Shown piece after piece: positions 35,981-50,328 of a stretch of DNA of 64,000 nucleotides. The stretch is from the NCBI RefSeq assembly GCF_902459465.1, contig NC_047080.1, forward strand, positions 2,604,001 to 2,668,000, read 5' to 3'. Source of the DNA: Asterias rubens (taxonomy: Eukaryota). The notes under the pieces were generated by a model, which was not told the origin of the DNA, ran no database searches, and saw nothing but the letters and a program-made list of their open reading frames with translations. Made by a program: the position numbers and the translations under genes. How positions within the stretch are numbered: position 1 is the stretch's first letter; the number at the start of each line of letters is the position of its first letter.

Positions 35981-36358
35981 AGGCAGTGGACACTGTTGGT
36001 AATTACTCAAAATAATTGTTAGCACAAAACCTTTCTTGATTACGAGTAATGGGGAGAGGTTGGTAGTATAAAACATTGTGAGAAACGGCTCCCTCTGAAG
36101 TGGAGTACTTTTCGACAAAGAAGTAATTTTCCACGAATTTGATTTCAAGACCTCAGATTTAAAATTTAAAGTCTCTAAATCAAGCAAATGAAAGCACACA
36201 TATTGGTGCGACAGGGGTGTTTTTTCTTTCATTAATATCTCGCAACTTCGATGACCGATTGAGCTCAAATTTTCACAGGTTTATTATTTTATGCATATGT
36301 TGAGATACACCAAGTGAGGAGACTTGTCTTTGACAATTACCAATAGTGTCCACTGCCT
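35981..36358. mobile_element. Family A MITE, full length
   Basis: TTAA|AGGCAGTGGACACTGTTGGTAATT ... AATTACCAATAGTGTCCACTGCCT|TTAA. Confidence 0.9.
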
Positions 36359-36669
36359 TTAATGAGTGGGGAAAGGCACAAGTCTCTCAGCTAAAGTTAA
36401 AATTGCCATTGTATTCGATACCCTTCCAGTATGGAATTTGACAACACCCAAAACATCCGATGGCATCATTGTGGTTGAAATGAGTCTGTAAATGACTGTA
36501 ATGGGAACTGTTTGTTCATCCCTTACATTTTCAGAACGAAACTTGTAAATTTAGCAGCTTCTAATTCTTCCTTCAGTGAAAGCATGAAACATTTCTGGCC
36601 TGAACGATTGTATTTTGAATTAACCTTAAGCTATATTCGTTGATGTGCAGATCTTTTTTTATTCAATCT

Positions 36670-36817
36670 GGGGCCGATTTCACAAAGCAATAAAGTTCAT
36701 CGCAAGACAAATTTTCAGTATCACAATAGTGATTTGTATTGTGACATCACACAATACTAAGCAACTACGATTGATTTGCAGTTAAGATCAATCTTAGCTC
36801 TTTGTGAAATCGGCCCC
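36670..36817. mobile_element. Harbinger-like MITE
   Basis: GGGGCCGATTTCACAAAG ... CTTTGTGAAATCGGCCCC; reverse-orientation relative at about 63300-63445. Confidence 0.75.
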
Positions 36818-39800
36818 AGAGCAAGTAATTTTCCTCCGAATTCCCATAATTAACTGATGCCTTTTCCCCCATAAAAATATTTTGTACACGATTCATTAGC
36901 TCTCAATTTCTCACCCAAAAAATCGTCAATGGATAATGTATAAATATTTTGTAAATTAACTTTCGTTATCAGTAGCAGAGAGATACATGTAAATAAGTAA
37001 CCAAATATTGTAGTTGTCAATGTAATAGTGTGTACGTGTGTGTTCGACCTATATTAAAAGTTTTCATATCATTAAATGCTCGAAACTGTTGTCTTTCTAA
37101 CACAAACTATTTCTTGGAACAAAATATTTAGATTTATTTTTTCTTGGTGAGCAAAGCCAAATTGCCTAGTAGGAGAACGGGATTAGAAACTGCGGCCTTT
37201 GAATTGACAAACTGCTGTTAAATGTATTTGAATTTTAATTAAATTTAATTAACGTAATTAAATGTTATAGGACTGTCATTAGAGACTTGTCACAGGTTTG
37301 ACTTAAAGGCAATCAACTGCACTGATTGCAAATCCCCTTTCACACGGGAGCAATTTAGCAAGGGTCCCTTGCTAAATTATAGCAGCACGGTTGTAAAATT
37401 GTACAAAATGTACCTCATGTGAAAGGACAACAATTTTTCTACTGTCCAAGTTCTCTTGCGAAATCTTGTCAACATTGCTATATTTTACAACCATGCTAAA
37501 ATTAAGCAAGGGACCCCAGTTAAACTGCTGTGGTGTGAATAGCACTAAAGCGAACAGACCACTTCTGTGACGTCGCAGGACCAAAGCAGTGCCCCCATGG
37601 AGGTTAAAGATTAAGAACACCTGTAATTGGCTTAAGGCTGGTCCCCTGTCCTTATTTGTAAAGACAAAGACAGGTGATGGTCCAATGATGTCAGTGTTGG
37701 GTTTAACCAATAAAACATTGAAATGGTTTTACACATTTAAAGATGAAAATCCTGGCCCTGGCCGGGAAAATGTGACGTAATTCCATCGTGAACCATGCAA
37801 ACTTAGCATCATTTTGGTGCAGCCGATTTCCAACATGCGTTCACTGAGCAAAAGGATTTCCATTTCAAGACTCGAAGTCTCATTGGACTATTGGTCATAT
37901 CTAAGAGTCACCTTTAATCGGCCAAAGAGGGAAACTAGGTTAAAATCACACTTGAACATAATGGCTGATTCGTATTCAGAAGCAGTTATGCGCGGGAATC
38001 AAAATGGCGTCTCTAGCCACGCCTTAATTTTAATAGCGACATAAAATGGAGTCTTGCAAACAAAACACTCATTGACACACGCTTAATGCATAGAGGACCA
38101 TAGTATTTAATACATGGGAGATCCTTACAGCACATGTATACGTAAAGCTAAGTGCACTTTTGTGTCCATTTTCATGATGAAAAATTCAAAGATGAATTTG
38201 AGGTTGACTATCAGTTTAAACCAAGTTCAACGAACCGCTAATAAAAGAAAATTGAAGAATGTCCTACAGGACTTGACACAAAATGATAAAAAGATAATAA
38301 TATAATGAAATTAATTTTGTGTGGATATTTATTATTGTAACCATTATCAAATCTACTGAATATTTTCAAACGTGTGTACAATGGACCAGCACCGGACAAT
38401 GTAATAACATCGACATATAATATTTAAATGGATGAAGTGGAAATTAAAAGTTTTGTTAACATCTATTTAAAAAACAAAAACCTTCGATGTTCTATCTTGC
38501 CGCCAGGGCAACCAAAGATATTTACTAATGAGCAAAAAAACCGAGTGCATTTTTGTGTGCAAATGGAATTTATACATTACACCGTACGAGTGTTCCATGA
38601 GGAACAAACATGTTAAATAGAAAATAAAAATTCATGACGGTAGCAAAATTTAAATAAATATGTCAATAGCCAAAAGACTCCACAGCAATTTAAAAACAAT
38701 TAATATTCAAATTCATGCAACAAAACCCTAAATTTAAAAAATGATAAAAATGTGTTGCTTTTTTGAACTGTTGACAAGTATTTGTGTTAAAAAATATAAA
38801 AAACATTCCAGCTGGAAATAGTGAACATGTACATGATAATTTTATGGTATGCACGAGTTTATCAAGATAATATTACACTGATATGTACTGAGATAAACAC
38901 GTTCAACCCATTCTGCCATTTGTGCACTCAGATACCTGTCAAGATTATAATGGATTTTTTTTCCAAACGCAAGTTCCACATATTTTGCCTAAAACAATAT
39001 GACCTTGTACGCCATTTTACAAATAATGTGATGACTGAACAAATACATTGGCTTTACATTTTACGGTTGAGTAATTTAAAAGTGGCCTTGAAAATTTAAA
39101 TTAGAAATGAGAACAAAACATTCATTAATAACAACCATTAAGCATGGAGTAGGTTGGCGTAAACGTAAACATAGTGATCAACATAATGATCAAATGAATA
39201 CAAAGAACGAGCATTGAGTTAATGGGTGGCAAAATCCATTAAAACATGTGCATTATCTAGAGTATGAAGTGGTTGTTTTATAATCAGCCTGTAGCCTTCA
39301 GTCGAGACGCTTGTTTGCCTGTCCCCCATCCGTAAAAACAAATCATGCACGAGGAAAGATGGGACTTTTTCGTGCTTTCGGCTTGATTGAGGCCAAGTTG
39401 TTTATTAAAAGCTACAGAACCTTCACACACGCGATATCAACAAGAACTTCCGGATCGGACCTGGGACAAATTTCATTAAGCTTTCTCAGCACACAAATAT
39501 GCTTACAACAACCAAATCATGCTTACCAGAATAAGGTTATCAGCCAAACTACAGTGTCACATGTACCATTTGTGACTGGTATCCTGCTTTTTGACGCTTT
39601 GCAAAACTGTCTGCTTAAGCAGTCTTGTGAAATTGGCCCTGGTTGATCTGATCACAATCAACCCCTCGCTTTCTGCATATTTTATCAGATCCACGAGAGA
39701 TGTTTCCCCCGTTGCCATGGTGATAGATTTTCATAATGCATTGCATGGCGCGTGTGTCATATTCAATGTCCAGGCAAATACCTTGCACAAATAATGATAT

Positions 39801-40226
39801 TCGAATTGAATGTTGATACGGAATGACAGTAGAGGGGAAAGCGGTGAAAGGATGTCTAATTATTTGTTTAAAAGATAAAATCGTACAAAATGAAAATTTT
39901 TAATTTAGTGGAATAAATATATGTATAATGATTATCTTTAAAAAATACCATATGCAACCAAATCCAAACTGGAATTGGACTTCAATTCACATCAAAATGT
40001 GTAAAAAAAAAATACATCAAACTCAGAATGATTAATATCAGAAAATTTTGATGAGCTAAAATACAAACATTCTGCATAAATTAAGCTAAACACACACATG
40101 CACACACAATGAGGTTTGTAATTCGCATTGGTCATATAGTATAGTAGGCCTACTGTACAAGGCAAATACTTACTGCATATGACAGGCCTACTTGGTAAAT
40201 GAAGACTGGGTAGCCATTTAGGTTAA

Positions 40227-40614
40227 AGGCACTGGACACATTTTGGTAATTGTCAAAGACAATTTGTATTCTCGCTCGGTGTATCCCAACATATGCATTG
40301 AATAACATCTATGGAATTTGGCCTTAATTGTCATCGAAGTTGCAAGAGAATAATAACCCCTTGAAATACACCCCTGTTGCACAAAACTAATCTGTGAGAT
40401 TTCAGATGCTAAATATAAGGCTTCAGGCCTAAAGTCTGTTATTATTTCGATTGAGAAATTATCTCTTACTTCAAAACATTTCTACCTCCATGTTTAGAGG
40501 GAGCAGTTTATCGCAATGTTTTATACTATCAACAGCTCTCTGTTGCTCGTCACCAAGTAAGTAAGCTTTATGCTAACAATTATTTTGAATAATTACCAAT
40601 AATGTCCAGTGCCT
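40227..40614. mobile_element. Diverged family A MITE
   Basis: TTAA|AGGCACTGGACAC ... AATGTCCAGTGCCT. Confidence 0.75.
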
Positions 40615-43600
40615 TTTAACTATAATGATAAGTAAGATGTGTTTGTCAAAAACTAAGACATGCGTAAATAGACTCCACGGGCAAGGGTTGGCAAAACAAT
40701 TGGTCCCGTATTATTTGAAGTTGACAAAAATGTTTATACTCTCGCATAATTTTTTATAGAAATTCAAATTGTACTCTAGCCGTCTTGTTGACAAGAAAAA
40801 GTAACCTTGAATAAATCACCTCTGCCGGAAAGATATATAATGCTAAGTTGTTGAAAAGCGGAAGGGAATATTTATTCGGGTACGGAGATTTATATTTTTT
40901 ATCTAACAATGTTTTCCTCCATGATTAAATCAAGTATAATGAAAGTCACAGTTGAATAGTCTCTGAGAAATGCCACCTTGCTTATCATCAATAGATAGTA
41001 CTGCAACGTGAATAAGAATGGGAATATAATATAATAAGATGTTTATTTTCATCGAGCTGCTATAATTTTATCCAAGCTGGGAGACAATTCTTCGGGGCTC
41101 ATTGTCAACAATGTGATATCGTGACTCTCAATCGTCAATGTACATGCACACATTCAATTCCTGGGCCCGAATTCATAAAGCTGTTAAGCAGAAAAAAATG
41201 ATTAGCGAATTTATTTGCTAAGCAAAAAGTAGAGGGGCACCAGTTGCAACAATTAAAACTTTATGGGTTTTTCTTGGTGACCAGAGTTTCTGTAAAGTAA
41301 GTTTTTTTCTGTGCTTAGCAAGTTTTCATTTTTAAACGGGCTTGATGGAATTGAGCCCTGGTCATTTTAGAGAACGCATTTTTTTGTTTTATATTTTTTA
41401 GAGACTCAATGAGTTATGCAAGAATATTGTTTCATTGAAAACAAAATCAATTTCACAAGAAATTCGATTCACAATATTTATTAAGAATAATTTCGCGCAA
41501 GAAGGTACACGTAAACAAGTAAAATGATCGATAATTTAGCGACCACTTGTTCCAATTAATTATTTTTCCATTTAGATGACAGTGAAAGTGCAGAACATAC
41601 GAGACTCATTCTTCTTTCACTTTTCATTTCCCCGGATTTCGTGCATACAAAAGAAGCCCCAAATCCCTGAAATTGTTGTCACAAAACACATTGTTTTATA
41701 TTAGATATATATAATTATACTAGTAGTGAAACTCCTCCATCTTTAAATTTTATAATAACTAATTCTCAGTTGACAGCAAAACAAAATTGTTGTTTTTATG
41801 CCGAATTTGATAAAATCGCCGTCGTCAACACATGTTGTGCGTAGTGATGACGTCATCATTCAACGAAGAAGACAAAACCGTTACCCGACAATTCACTAAC
41901 CATTGTGCGCCATTGACGATGTGATTATTCCATCCACTGATGACAACTTTCCGATTAAAGACTCCGAGAAATAATAATAAAAAAATTTGCATAATTTATG
42001 GTCAACTTCAATTAATGAACGTCCTTCGAGAAACGCTACAGAATGCCACAGGCAGGCACAGCGTGGAGTAGGAAGAACCTATGTAGAAATACGTGTACAC
42101 TTCTAAATTCGGTCAGAAATATACTTCACGTGGAAAATGAAGTACGCGTATACTTCTAAACTCTGAAAGAATTGTATGTTTATGGATGAAATTGAACGTG
42201 GTCTCTTACCTAATTTTCCAAATTATGGATTGTGGTTTTCTGTTCATTTTTAAAGATAAAATCCCATCGGGTGACTCTACTTTCTGAAATCGTACATTTA
42301 AAAACAATGATCAAAATTGAATGGGGAAGTTTCACATGGATTTGTTTAGACAGACTTTCGTTAATTCGGAAATAGTTTGCATTGATTTGGTAGGCAGGAC
42401 ATATATAATAAGATAACCTTTTCCCAGAATGTTTTATTTTTAAGAGAACAACTTTTCACAGGCCGGCAACAATGGCTAAGTTCGCACACTGAACATTTGT
42501 CGACCACAGGCCGACATTGCCTGCGTGAAAAAACACGTTCTTGTTGTTGTAGCACGAGGACTGTCGACAAAAGTGACACTTGTGCGAACTTAGACATACA
42601 TTTTGTGTGTGTTTCACACTGCAAAAGAAACTGTGACATGTGAGGGCTTTGCCAATATTTATTATAATGTGTACATCAACACCCCCCACCCCCAACAAGA
42701 TTTTCTGCAAGACCACCAAGAAAACACCTGTTCCCTTTGTTATGCAAATGAACCTGGGCGGAGCCTGAACGATGAGCTGGCCAATGAAAGGCCGTTTGTT
42801 ACAAGCTACCGTAAACTCTGACCAATCACGAAGAAGACTGTGCCTTCGCGGGTGATTTAATACGAGAAATGTACAACATGCATGGAATGCAACGTATTTG
42901 ATGCCACCACGCTAAAAATGCTGTACTACAGCGCCATTTTGTTGCATTATGTTGTTTTTTTACAAGACAGTGAGAGTTTGCAGTAGTGAAACCAGCTCCA
43001 ATGAACAAATTGTCTCCGTGAATGGAAAACGTAAGTGATTTCATTTCTATCAAACTAATGATGATACGAACTTTGGGTAAGGGGTTTGACTTGACGACTG
43101 TGTGTACAAGGTGTAATTAAAACTGTACATTACTCAAATTTATGTTTACTCGTTGTCTGCGTAAGCGGACAAGCCACTGTGTACCATGGAGGAAGAAAAT
43201 TACTTCCATGTGTTTACATACAAATAAATTAAAGGCAGTGTATACTTTGGGTAGTTGTCAAAAACCATATCTTCACTTGGTGTATTCCAACAAATGCATA
43301 AATTAACCAACATGTGAAATTTGGGTGAACTGTTGATCATCGAGGTTGCAAGAAAAAAAATGAAAGAAAAACACACTTGTTGCGTAGACTTGTGTGAATT
43401 CGATCTTTATGCCTCAACTGAAGCCCTGCTCATTCAAGTTTAAGGGTGACAAATTCACAAACAACGGTCTTCAAATTGTGTAATTTCTAGCAATGTTTTA
43501 CACGAATAACTTTACCAAGTATTTTGTTATGGTCATGAACTTCCGGATCAACTACCAAGAGCATGAGGTACACACTACCTGTAACTTAAAGTGAAGGCTC

Positions 43601-44087
43601 ACCGACCCTGTCCACTCTCCCCAAGGGCAGCTGGGTTTGTTTTCTCCCGCTAAGTTTCCAATAGGAAGGGTATCAATGTCCAACTAAGTTGTCTTGCACG
43701 GCCTAAAAGGATTCCATTTGGATCAAATAGCGGTAGACTGCTCCAAGACAAACAGCGAGCGTGGCAGATCCAGAGTTGATGGGTCTAGCCTTGGATTTGG
43801 ACGGCGGGGGAGGTCGAGGGAAAACTGCTCGTAGAAGCGTGAGGCCGGAAAGATAGCTTCACCGATGGTTAGCTTCAGATCACAGCCGAAGATGCCGTCC
43901 TTGCGAACTGAGGTTGGGGGCTTATCTAGAGCACGACCCTACGGGAAGAAAGAAGGATATCAATAAATGATAACTGGAAACAACAAACATGTTATTCCTA
44001 ATGTATAAGTCCAATAACATTTAGTGTCATCTTTTTTCAATCAATCATAAACCAGTGGACATTTTCAAACGATCTCTCCACTTGCCA

Positions 44088-44330
44088 GGGTCCAATTTCA
44101 TAGAGCTGCTAAACAGGCAAATTTGCTTAGCATGAAATTTCTTCCTTGATAAAACTAGGATTACCATTTAAATTTCAATTTGTTGCATATTGCTTGGTAC
44201 TGGTATTCAGATGTTGTTTGCTTTTCCTGAAAATCACGTGGAAATTCGGTTGATAATTCTGTTTTCTAAAGGAGGAAATGCATGCTAGGCAAATTGTTGT
44301 GCTTAGCAGCTCTATGAAATTGGGTCCTGT
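44088..44330. mobile_element. GGGCCCAATTTCAT-terminated MITE family
   Basis: CAGGGTCCAATTTCATAGAGCTGCT ... AGCAGCTCTATGAAATTGGGTCCTG; related copies at about 3386-3490, 24690-24880, 39480-39640 and 41160-41360. Confidence 0.7.
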
Positions 44331-47300
44331 AAGAACCAATCATAAGTCCTTGTAAGCAAATTGTAAATACAAACAGGGAGCCAATCATACATACAGCCTA
44401 TGTAAACTATTGCATGGCTTTTGTTTACATATTTCTGGTAGGCAATTATTGTTCCATGCAAGCAGACTACTGGCCCTCAATATTGGACCGTATTCATACA
44501 AAATAGCAATTGCTTTTTCTAGGCTTTTGCTTACATCTTTATACATACATCTGTATAAAGATAGTTAATGGTCTAAGTCTTCCACGAAAGCTTTCCTGTG
44601 TACATTGTTGCTATTGCATATTATTTGACTTTATTTATTCACCCATCCATCAATCCACAAAAGCACATTTGAAGTTATTTTTTAACGTAAATTATCCGGT
44701 CCCCCCCCCCTCCCCCCTGGTTTGGGACTAATGACAATCTGGTTTTCCCCTTTGTAGTTTGTGTGTGTTTACACTTCTTCTTTATAGATAACAAGTGATT
44801 TTACACGACCGTGTCATGTTTCCAGATTAAATTACATTTTTTATATCAGCTATCATGTTGTATCCAGGCAAGACAAACACACTTACAACATACAATAAGA
44901 TACAAGTACAGATAGGGGAGGGGGAGCACAAGGGATTGTCCCATTAATGTTTAAGTTTCTATAGGAATCTCGTCTTGTATTTCCCAACAAGCCCCCTTTC
45001 ACTAGTGATCTTGCTCTTAGTATTCTGTGTAAGATAATTAACATGAGAGCCAAAAACAAGTATCAATGTCGGTGTTTAAATAGCACAAAAGCTTTATTGC
45101 AATGCCATATTTTACTCTGGTCATTTTGAATTTCAAAAGTTCATATTTTAAATGGGTCCGGGGCACGAATGCCATTTGGGGGGGGGGCGGGGGACTGCTC
45201 TCATTTCATTTAAATCGATTTAAACTGAGTGACAACTATATGCTTACAGGTGATTTTGTCCCTCCATCAATTAGAATTTTATTTCAGTGTAAAAACTTTA
45301 CGAGAGTGCCTTCTTAAAGTAGGCTACTGCCCTGATGTCTGTCACTGTTTGCTGTAAATCATGGAGTAATGAACATTCAAACAAACTTCAACCATGGAAT
45401 AATAATGGACTCTTTGCGTGGCAACATTTTACGGCACATGAATACGCCAGACAAGCCACCATTACACAAATAAAATGAAAATAGATACTTCAATCCATCC
45501 CGGTTGTCTACAAACCAAGGCCTAACGTTTATCAACGATTTTCCTGGGGAGATTTTATTTTTAATAAAGCGAAATCTAAGCATCAGTAATCGATCCCTGC
45601 AATCGCCGATAACCTTGCAGCATGAATGTTAATTCCTCCCAGTTATTGAATACCGCAGACACAGCTGGTCCAACCGACCTCTCTATCGGGTATTTACTCA
45701 CGTGGACGAAGCGCCAGATGAGAAAGGATTGGGGAAAGCTCACAAAAGATTAAGTTTTATTTGTTTCAGAATTTTTTTTTTTTTAAACGGTTATTTGAAC
45801 GTTGTATTGTTTGTCACGTGTTTGTAATTGTTTTCCCTTGAAGCACGTAGATTTCAAAGTCATGTCTACATGTATATGTAATTTGGCACTCATAATTTAG
45901 GGACTGTGATCTAACCAATTAATATTTCCGAGAACCATTTCTACCAATCGAGGAAAATATCATTTGTAGGCCCCCTCTGCCAATCTTGCTTGCTTAGATA
46001 GCCACAATGAAAATGAGTGATATGAAAGCGAGCTAGTCATAAAAACAGGATTTTGTTGTTTTAAATTGAGACAGAGCTAAAACTCATTTTCACTGGTCGA
46101 TTGGTGGTGTATTAAACTTACGGGTTACTACCCCCCCCCCCAAAAAAAAAAGGTCAAACCATGTCCATCTACGTTTAGGAACAAAATACATAAAATTATT
46201 GACTACAACTATCCTCTATAATGCAATGCTTTAATGGTCGTCTTTGTTCAACATTTCAGTTGTTTATGGTTTCTGAGCGATTTAGCTCAATGGATTATGG
46301 AAATACTATATTTTGTGAAATATTTCTCATGCTCATGCTAAAGACGGATTGAAAAAACTCTGCTAGGCTCCGTCATTTACAAAAATTGCGATCATCAACT
46401 ACGCCACAAAAGACCCCCAAAACGCATTAATCTTTCCCCTCTATCTACTTCCTTTATTGAAAGCTAAACGCCCAAGTGGAAACTAAATCAACTCCCTTTT
46501 GTAACAACTTCAGAATTCCCATAAATTCGTGTGGCAGTGCGTCTTTAATTGACACATAAGTACTTTGATTGCACGGTCAAACGGCTGTGTATAGAAAACA
46601 AAGTTCATTAAAAGCACTGGACTCTATAAACTGATGAAATGTCTGACCGTCACTATCTGAGCTTCTTTTGATAAAATGACTAAAAATCAACTTATTTTAC
46701 GAGCGTCGTATCACTATCGCCCAAAGTCCAACTGGTTGTGTAAACACCACGTTTTTACAGTTTCAATATGTTACACGGAACGCATCTGATGCGGCAGTGA
46801 GATACGGTTGCTAAGGGGGAAAAGTGTGTCATTTTTGTGTTGTTGGCCGCCATACTTGACTTGTTGTGATCTCCACTCACCATTTGGGTTTTTAAAGTCG
46901 ATAATTATAAACAACAGAATATTTCAGGCATTTATAATAACATGGTGTTGTAGAATTTGAAACTGTGCATGGTAGAAGTATAATTAAGAGAAGTTCGCGA
47001 TAACATGTGTTACCGCAAAGCGAAAACCTAGTCTTTAAAATAAAAATTGATTTGATTCTCGTGCTTAAAAAAAGAAGAAAGTATTTTTACCCTTCTAAAT
47101 AGACCTTTATAATGCTGCCACCATCTTGGTCATGTTCCCTGTATCCAATAACGTTAATGGGTGTCAATATTCATTGTTAAAAAGGGAACCAGACTATGTT
47201 TTCCTTCCAGCCTCGATTTGGTTACATTGATTTAAATGGGAGGAAATCGCACCATAATAAAGGCCAATATTATAATTATGCAAAAACAAAGATGATTTGG

Positions 47301-48150
47301 TGCACTGTTTACCATTTTCAATGACAGACACGTCTTGTAATGGAAATACGTATTGTATTGCGTTTAGAAATTGTTTTGTTATTAGAGAAAACGCACAAGC
47401 TCTAGGGAGGCAATTACACGTAGGAGCCATTACGACATCTACACGCTTCGGTGCAACCAGAAGATGTTTGTCGTTTCTGATAAGTGAAGAGAAGACTTTG
47501 ATGTCTACTTGTGTGTATGTAATTCAGAAGAAAAGTGTGCAGAGAAGAGTATGGGCTAGAGTACACTGTGGGAAAAGGATAAAGTCACGCGGGATTTGCT
47601 TATTATAAACTATGTGAGAGTGCAGAAGTCACGCGGGTAGTTCAATGATGGGCCCTAGTACATGCCGAAACTGAGGTTTTCTTTGTTGGCTTAATTTACT
47701 CTCAAGTCAACTTGTCTTTGTTTAACGTGACATTTTGTGTGTGGATTGTTATTAAAAATGAAATAACTTAACATGTATTTACCCATCAGATCATAGTTAG
47801 AAAAAAGAGATCAAGGTTTGCTTTTAATCGTCCGGTTTTTTTTTCAAAGAGTCTAAAATAAACATTTAACTGAGCAGACAATCTTTGCCCACAGTCACCC
47901 TAGCCTGCTGACTGAGTGTTTAGATACCGACAGCGTGCTAAATTAATACACGTTGTCAAAAGGCAATGCCAGTCTAATATGTAAAGTGGTGTTCAGACCT
48001 GGCAAGCTCATGAAAGTCTGCAAGAAAAGCAATCGGATCTCGATGGTTTATAGTCATTATTGGACATTTACGGTGTGTTTAAAATGTCAAATTTACTTGG
48101 TGTGGACTGACGCCTTCTCTATTGAACCAGCGTGCGTAATCTTATATTAA

Positions 48151-48529
48151 AGGCAGTGGACACTATTGGAAATTACTCAAAATATTTATTAGCATAAAAC
48201 CCTACTTGGGAACGAGTAATGGGGAGAGTTTGGTAATATAAAACATTGTGAGAAACGGCTCCCTCTGAAGTGGAGTAGTTTTCGAGAGAGAAGTAATTTA
48301 CCACGATTTTGATTTCGAGACCTTAGAATTTAGAATTTGAGGTCTCGAAATCAAGCATCTGAGAGCAAACAACTTCGTGTGACAAGGGTGTTTTTTCTTT
48401 CATTGTTAACTCGCAACTTCGACGACCGATTGAGCTCAAATTTTCACAGGTTTGCTATTTTATGCATATGTTGAGCTACACCAAGTGAGAAGACTGGTCT
48501 TTGACAATTACCAAAGGTGTCCGGTGTAT
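48151..48529. mobile_element. Family A MITE, full length
   Basis: TTAA|AGGCAGTGGACACTATTGG ... ACCAAAGGTGTCCGGTGT. Confidence 0.85.
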
Positions 48530-49965
48530 TTAATGGTCTCAGTTGTGACATGCAGCAGCTTGCTAAATAATTGTTCAGTAGAGTTGGAGGAAATAAGGAA
48601 GTCTTCTGAGTGGTTTGTATAGAGTGGATAGCGAAGATGATGAAAATCTTAAAGGCAAAATACGTTCGGTTTTTGGTGGAGCCGTTCGATTGTTTTACTC
48701 ATGCAGAATGTATACAATAAAACTATCATGTGAACATTTACTTTCAAAAAGCGTTTTTGAGATACCGCCAAAAAATCCGTAGCGGTTATTTCCATTGAAA
48801 ATAAACCCAAGTAACAAAACACGAGAAACGCTACGCGGTATTGCTTTCAAATTTTGGGGCATAAAAACTTATTATATTATATCTATTTACATAACCATGC
48901 TTCGAAATGCCATGTTTCAAAGAATGCTTATACTATCGAAAGCTGTTGTATAGGATTCTAACCGAAAGTTTTAAAGTGACAACCAAACGCAGATCTCCCC
49001 TTTAAGCCACAACTGATTTGAGGAGATAGGCAGAGACTATGATTGGGAGGCGATTGGATTGAAGTTGAAATTGAAATTGGCAAAGTGGATGATGATGAGT
49101 GGGGATGGGTGGGGCAGTGACGCACATCATTGCTGGAAAGAGAAAAGAATGGATGTCGTGTATGTGGTTTTGGTTTTAGAGATGTTTTTGGGATCTCGGG
49201 TGGCGGGGTGGTGATCCAGGGATTTCGGGGCAATTGAGACATTGTCCTTGTGTTGAGTGATGCGAAAAACGTGATTTTATTTTAGAAAAGTATCTGTTTC
49301 ATTTCATTTAGTTCATTTTGTGGAATGGAAGATTACCTCTTTAGTGTGATCGTGTTAATGAAAGAGCAAATAATAATTTGGGGTAAATAGTACAAAGCCG
49401 CAGTGAACGATTGCTCTTGTTTAGCATTGAAAAATGCTAGTACACAAAATGCATCAGTGGCTACTATTATTATAATTAGCACTAAATGTAAATTAGCACT
49501 TAATGTAAAGTAATGTTTAGTCTAAATGGTTTGCGTTGCTAAATGGATGAATGTCAATGCTAAACACACAGGTGTACGGTCAAAAAAAGGTTTTCTGTAT
49601 CCCCAATGCAACATCTATTCATGATAATTTGCGTGTTGTGGATTGATACTTTTATAACAATGCAAGTCTATAGGTTTCTTGAATTATTTGCAATTCTGCA
49701 CTTCAGCTCCTCAAGATGAGACATAGGGCATGCATGAAGTCAGTCGGTTGACGAATATGGAGTGGGTATCAATGTATGCTATATAATAACCAAATGCATA
49801 TATATTCAGTCTGGTTTACTAGAGTAAAATGCCATTGAATGACATTAATAAACGGCTTTAGGGCAAGTATACGAGCGGGCCTGTGGGTGTGACGATCAAT
49901 GTATTGCATCTGTCTTCTCGATGACTGTCTCGAGTGTTGGGGATGGAAAGCTGGTCGTACTTTAA

Positions 49966-50328
49966 AGCAATTGCACAACATCGGATAACAGTATTGTCCA
50001 AAGGCCAACACTTCGTGCAACTTGTATATAAAATAACAAACCTGTGAAAATTTAGGCTCAATCAGTCATCGGAGTCGGGAGAGAATAACGGGAAAACCCA
50101 CCCTTGTTTCCGCAGGTTTCGACGTGTCATGACATGTGTTTAAAATAAATCCGTTATTCTCGATATCGAGAATTGATAATTGTTTTAATGTTTTCTCAAA
50201 AAGTAAAGCATTTCATGGAATAATATTTCAAACGAAGTCTTTCACCATTACCTTCTGTAAACCCTGTAAGTTATTTGTAAATCTGGGAACTTTTAATTTG
50301 TGTTCTGTTCAGAAAGTGTCCAACTGCT
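49966..50328. mobile_element. Subfamily B MITE (reverse), directly followed by the end of a family A MITE sharing one TTAA (50329-50332)
   Basis: Reverse-complement match to 11649-12013; ...CAACTGCT|TTAA|AGGCAATAGACACGTTTGGTAATTG. Confidence 0.8.

Noticed and set aside
43057-43160. C-box (ATGATGA) suggesting a C/D snoRNA or an snRNA downstream of the octamer/GC-box cluster
   Set aside because: No D box (CTGA) at a suitable distance, no terminal stem, and no match to U1/U2/U6 5' ends.
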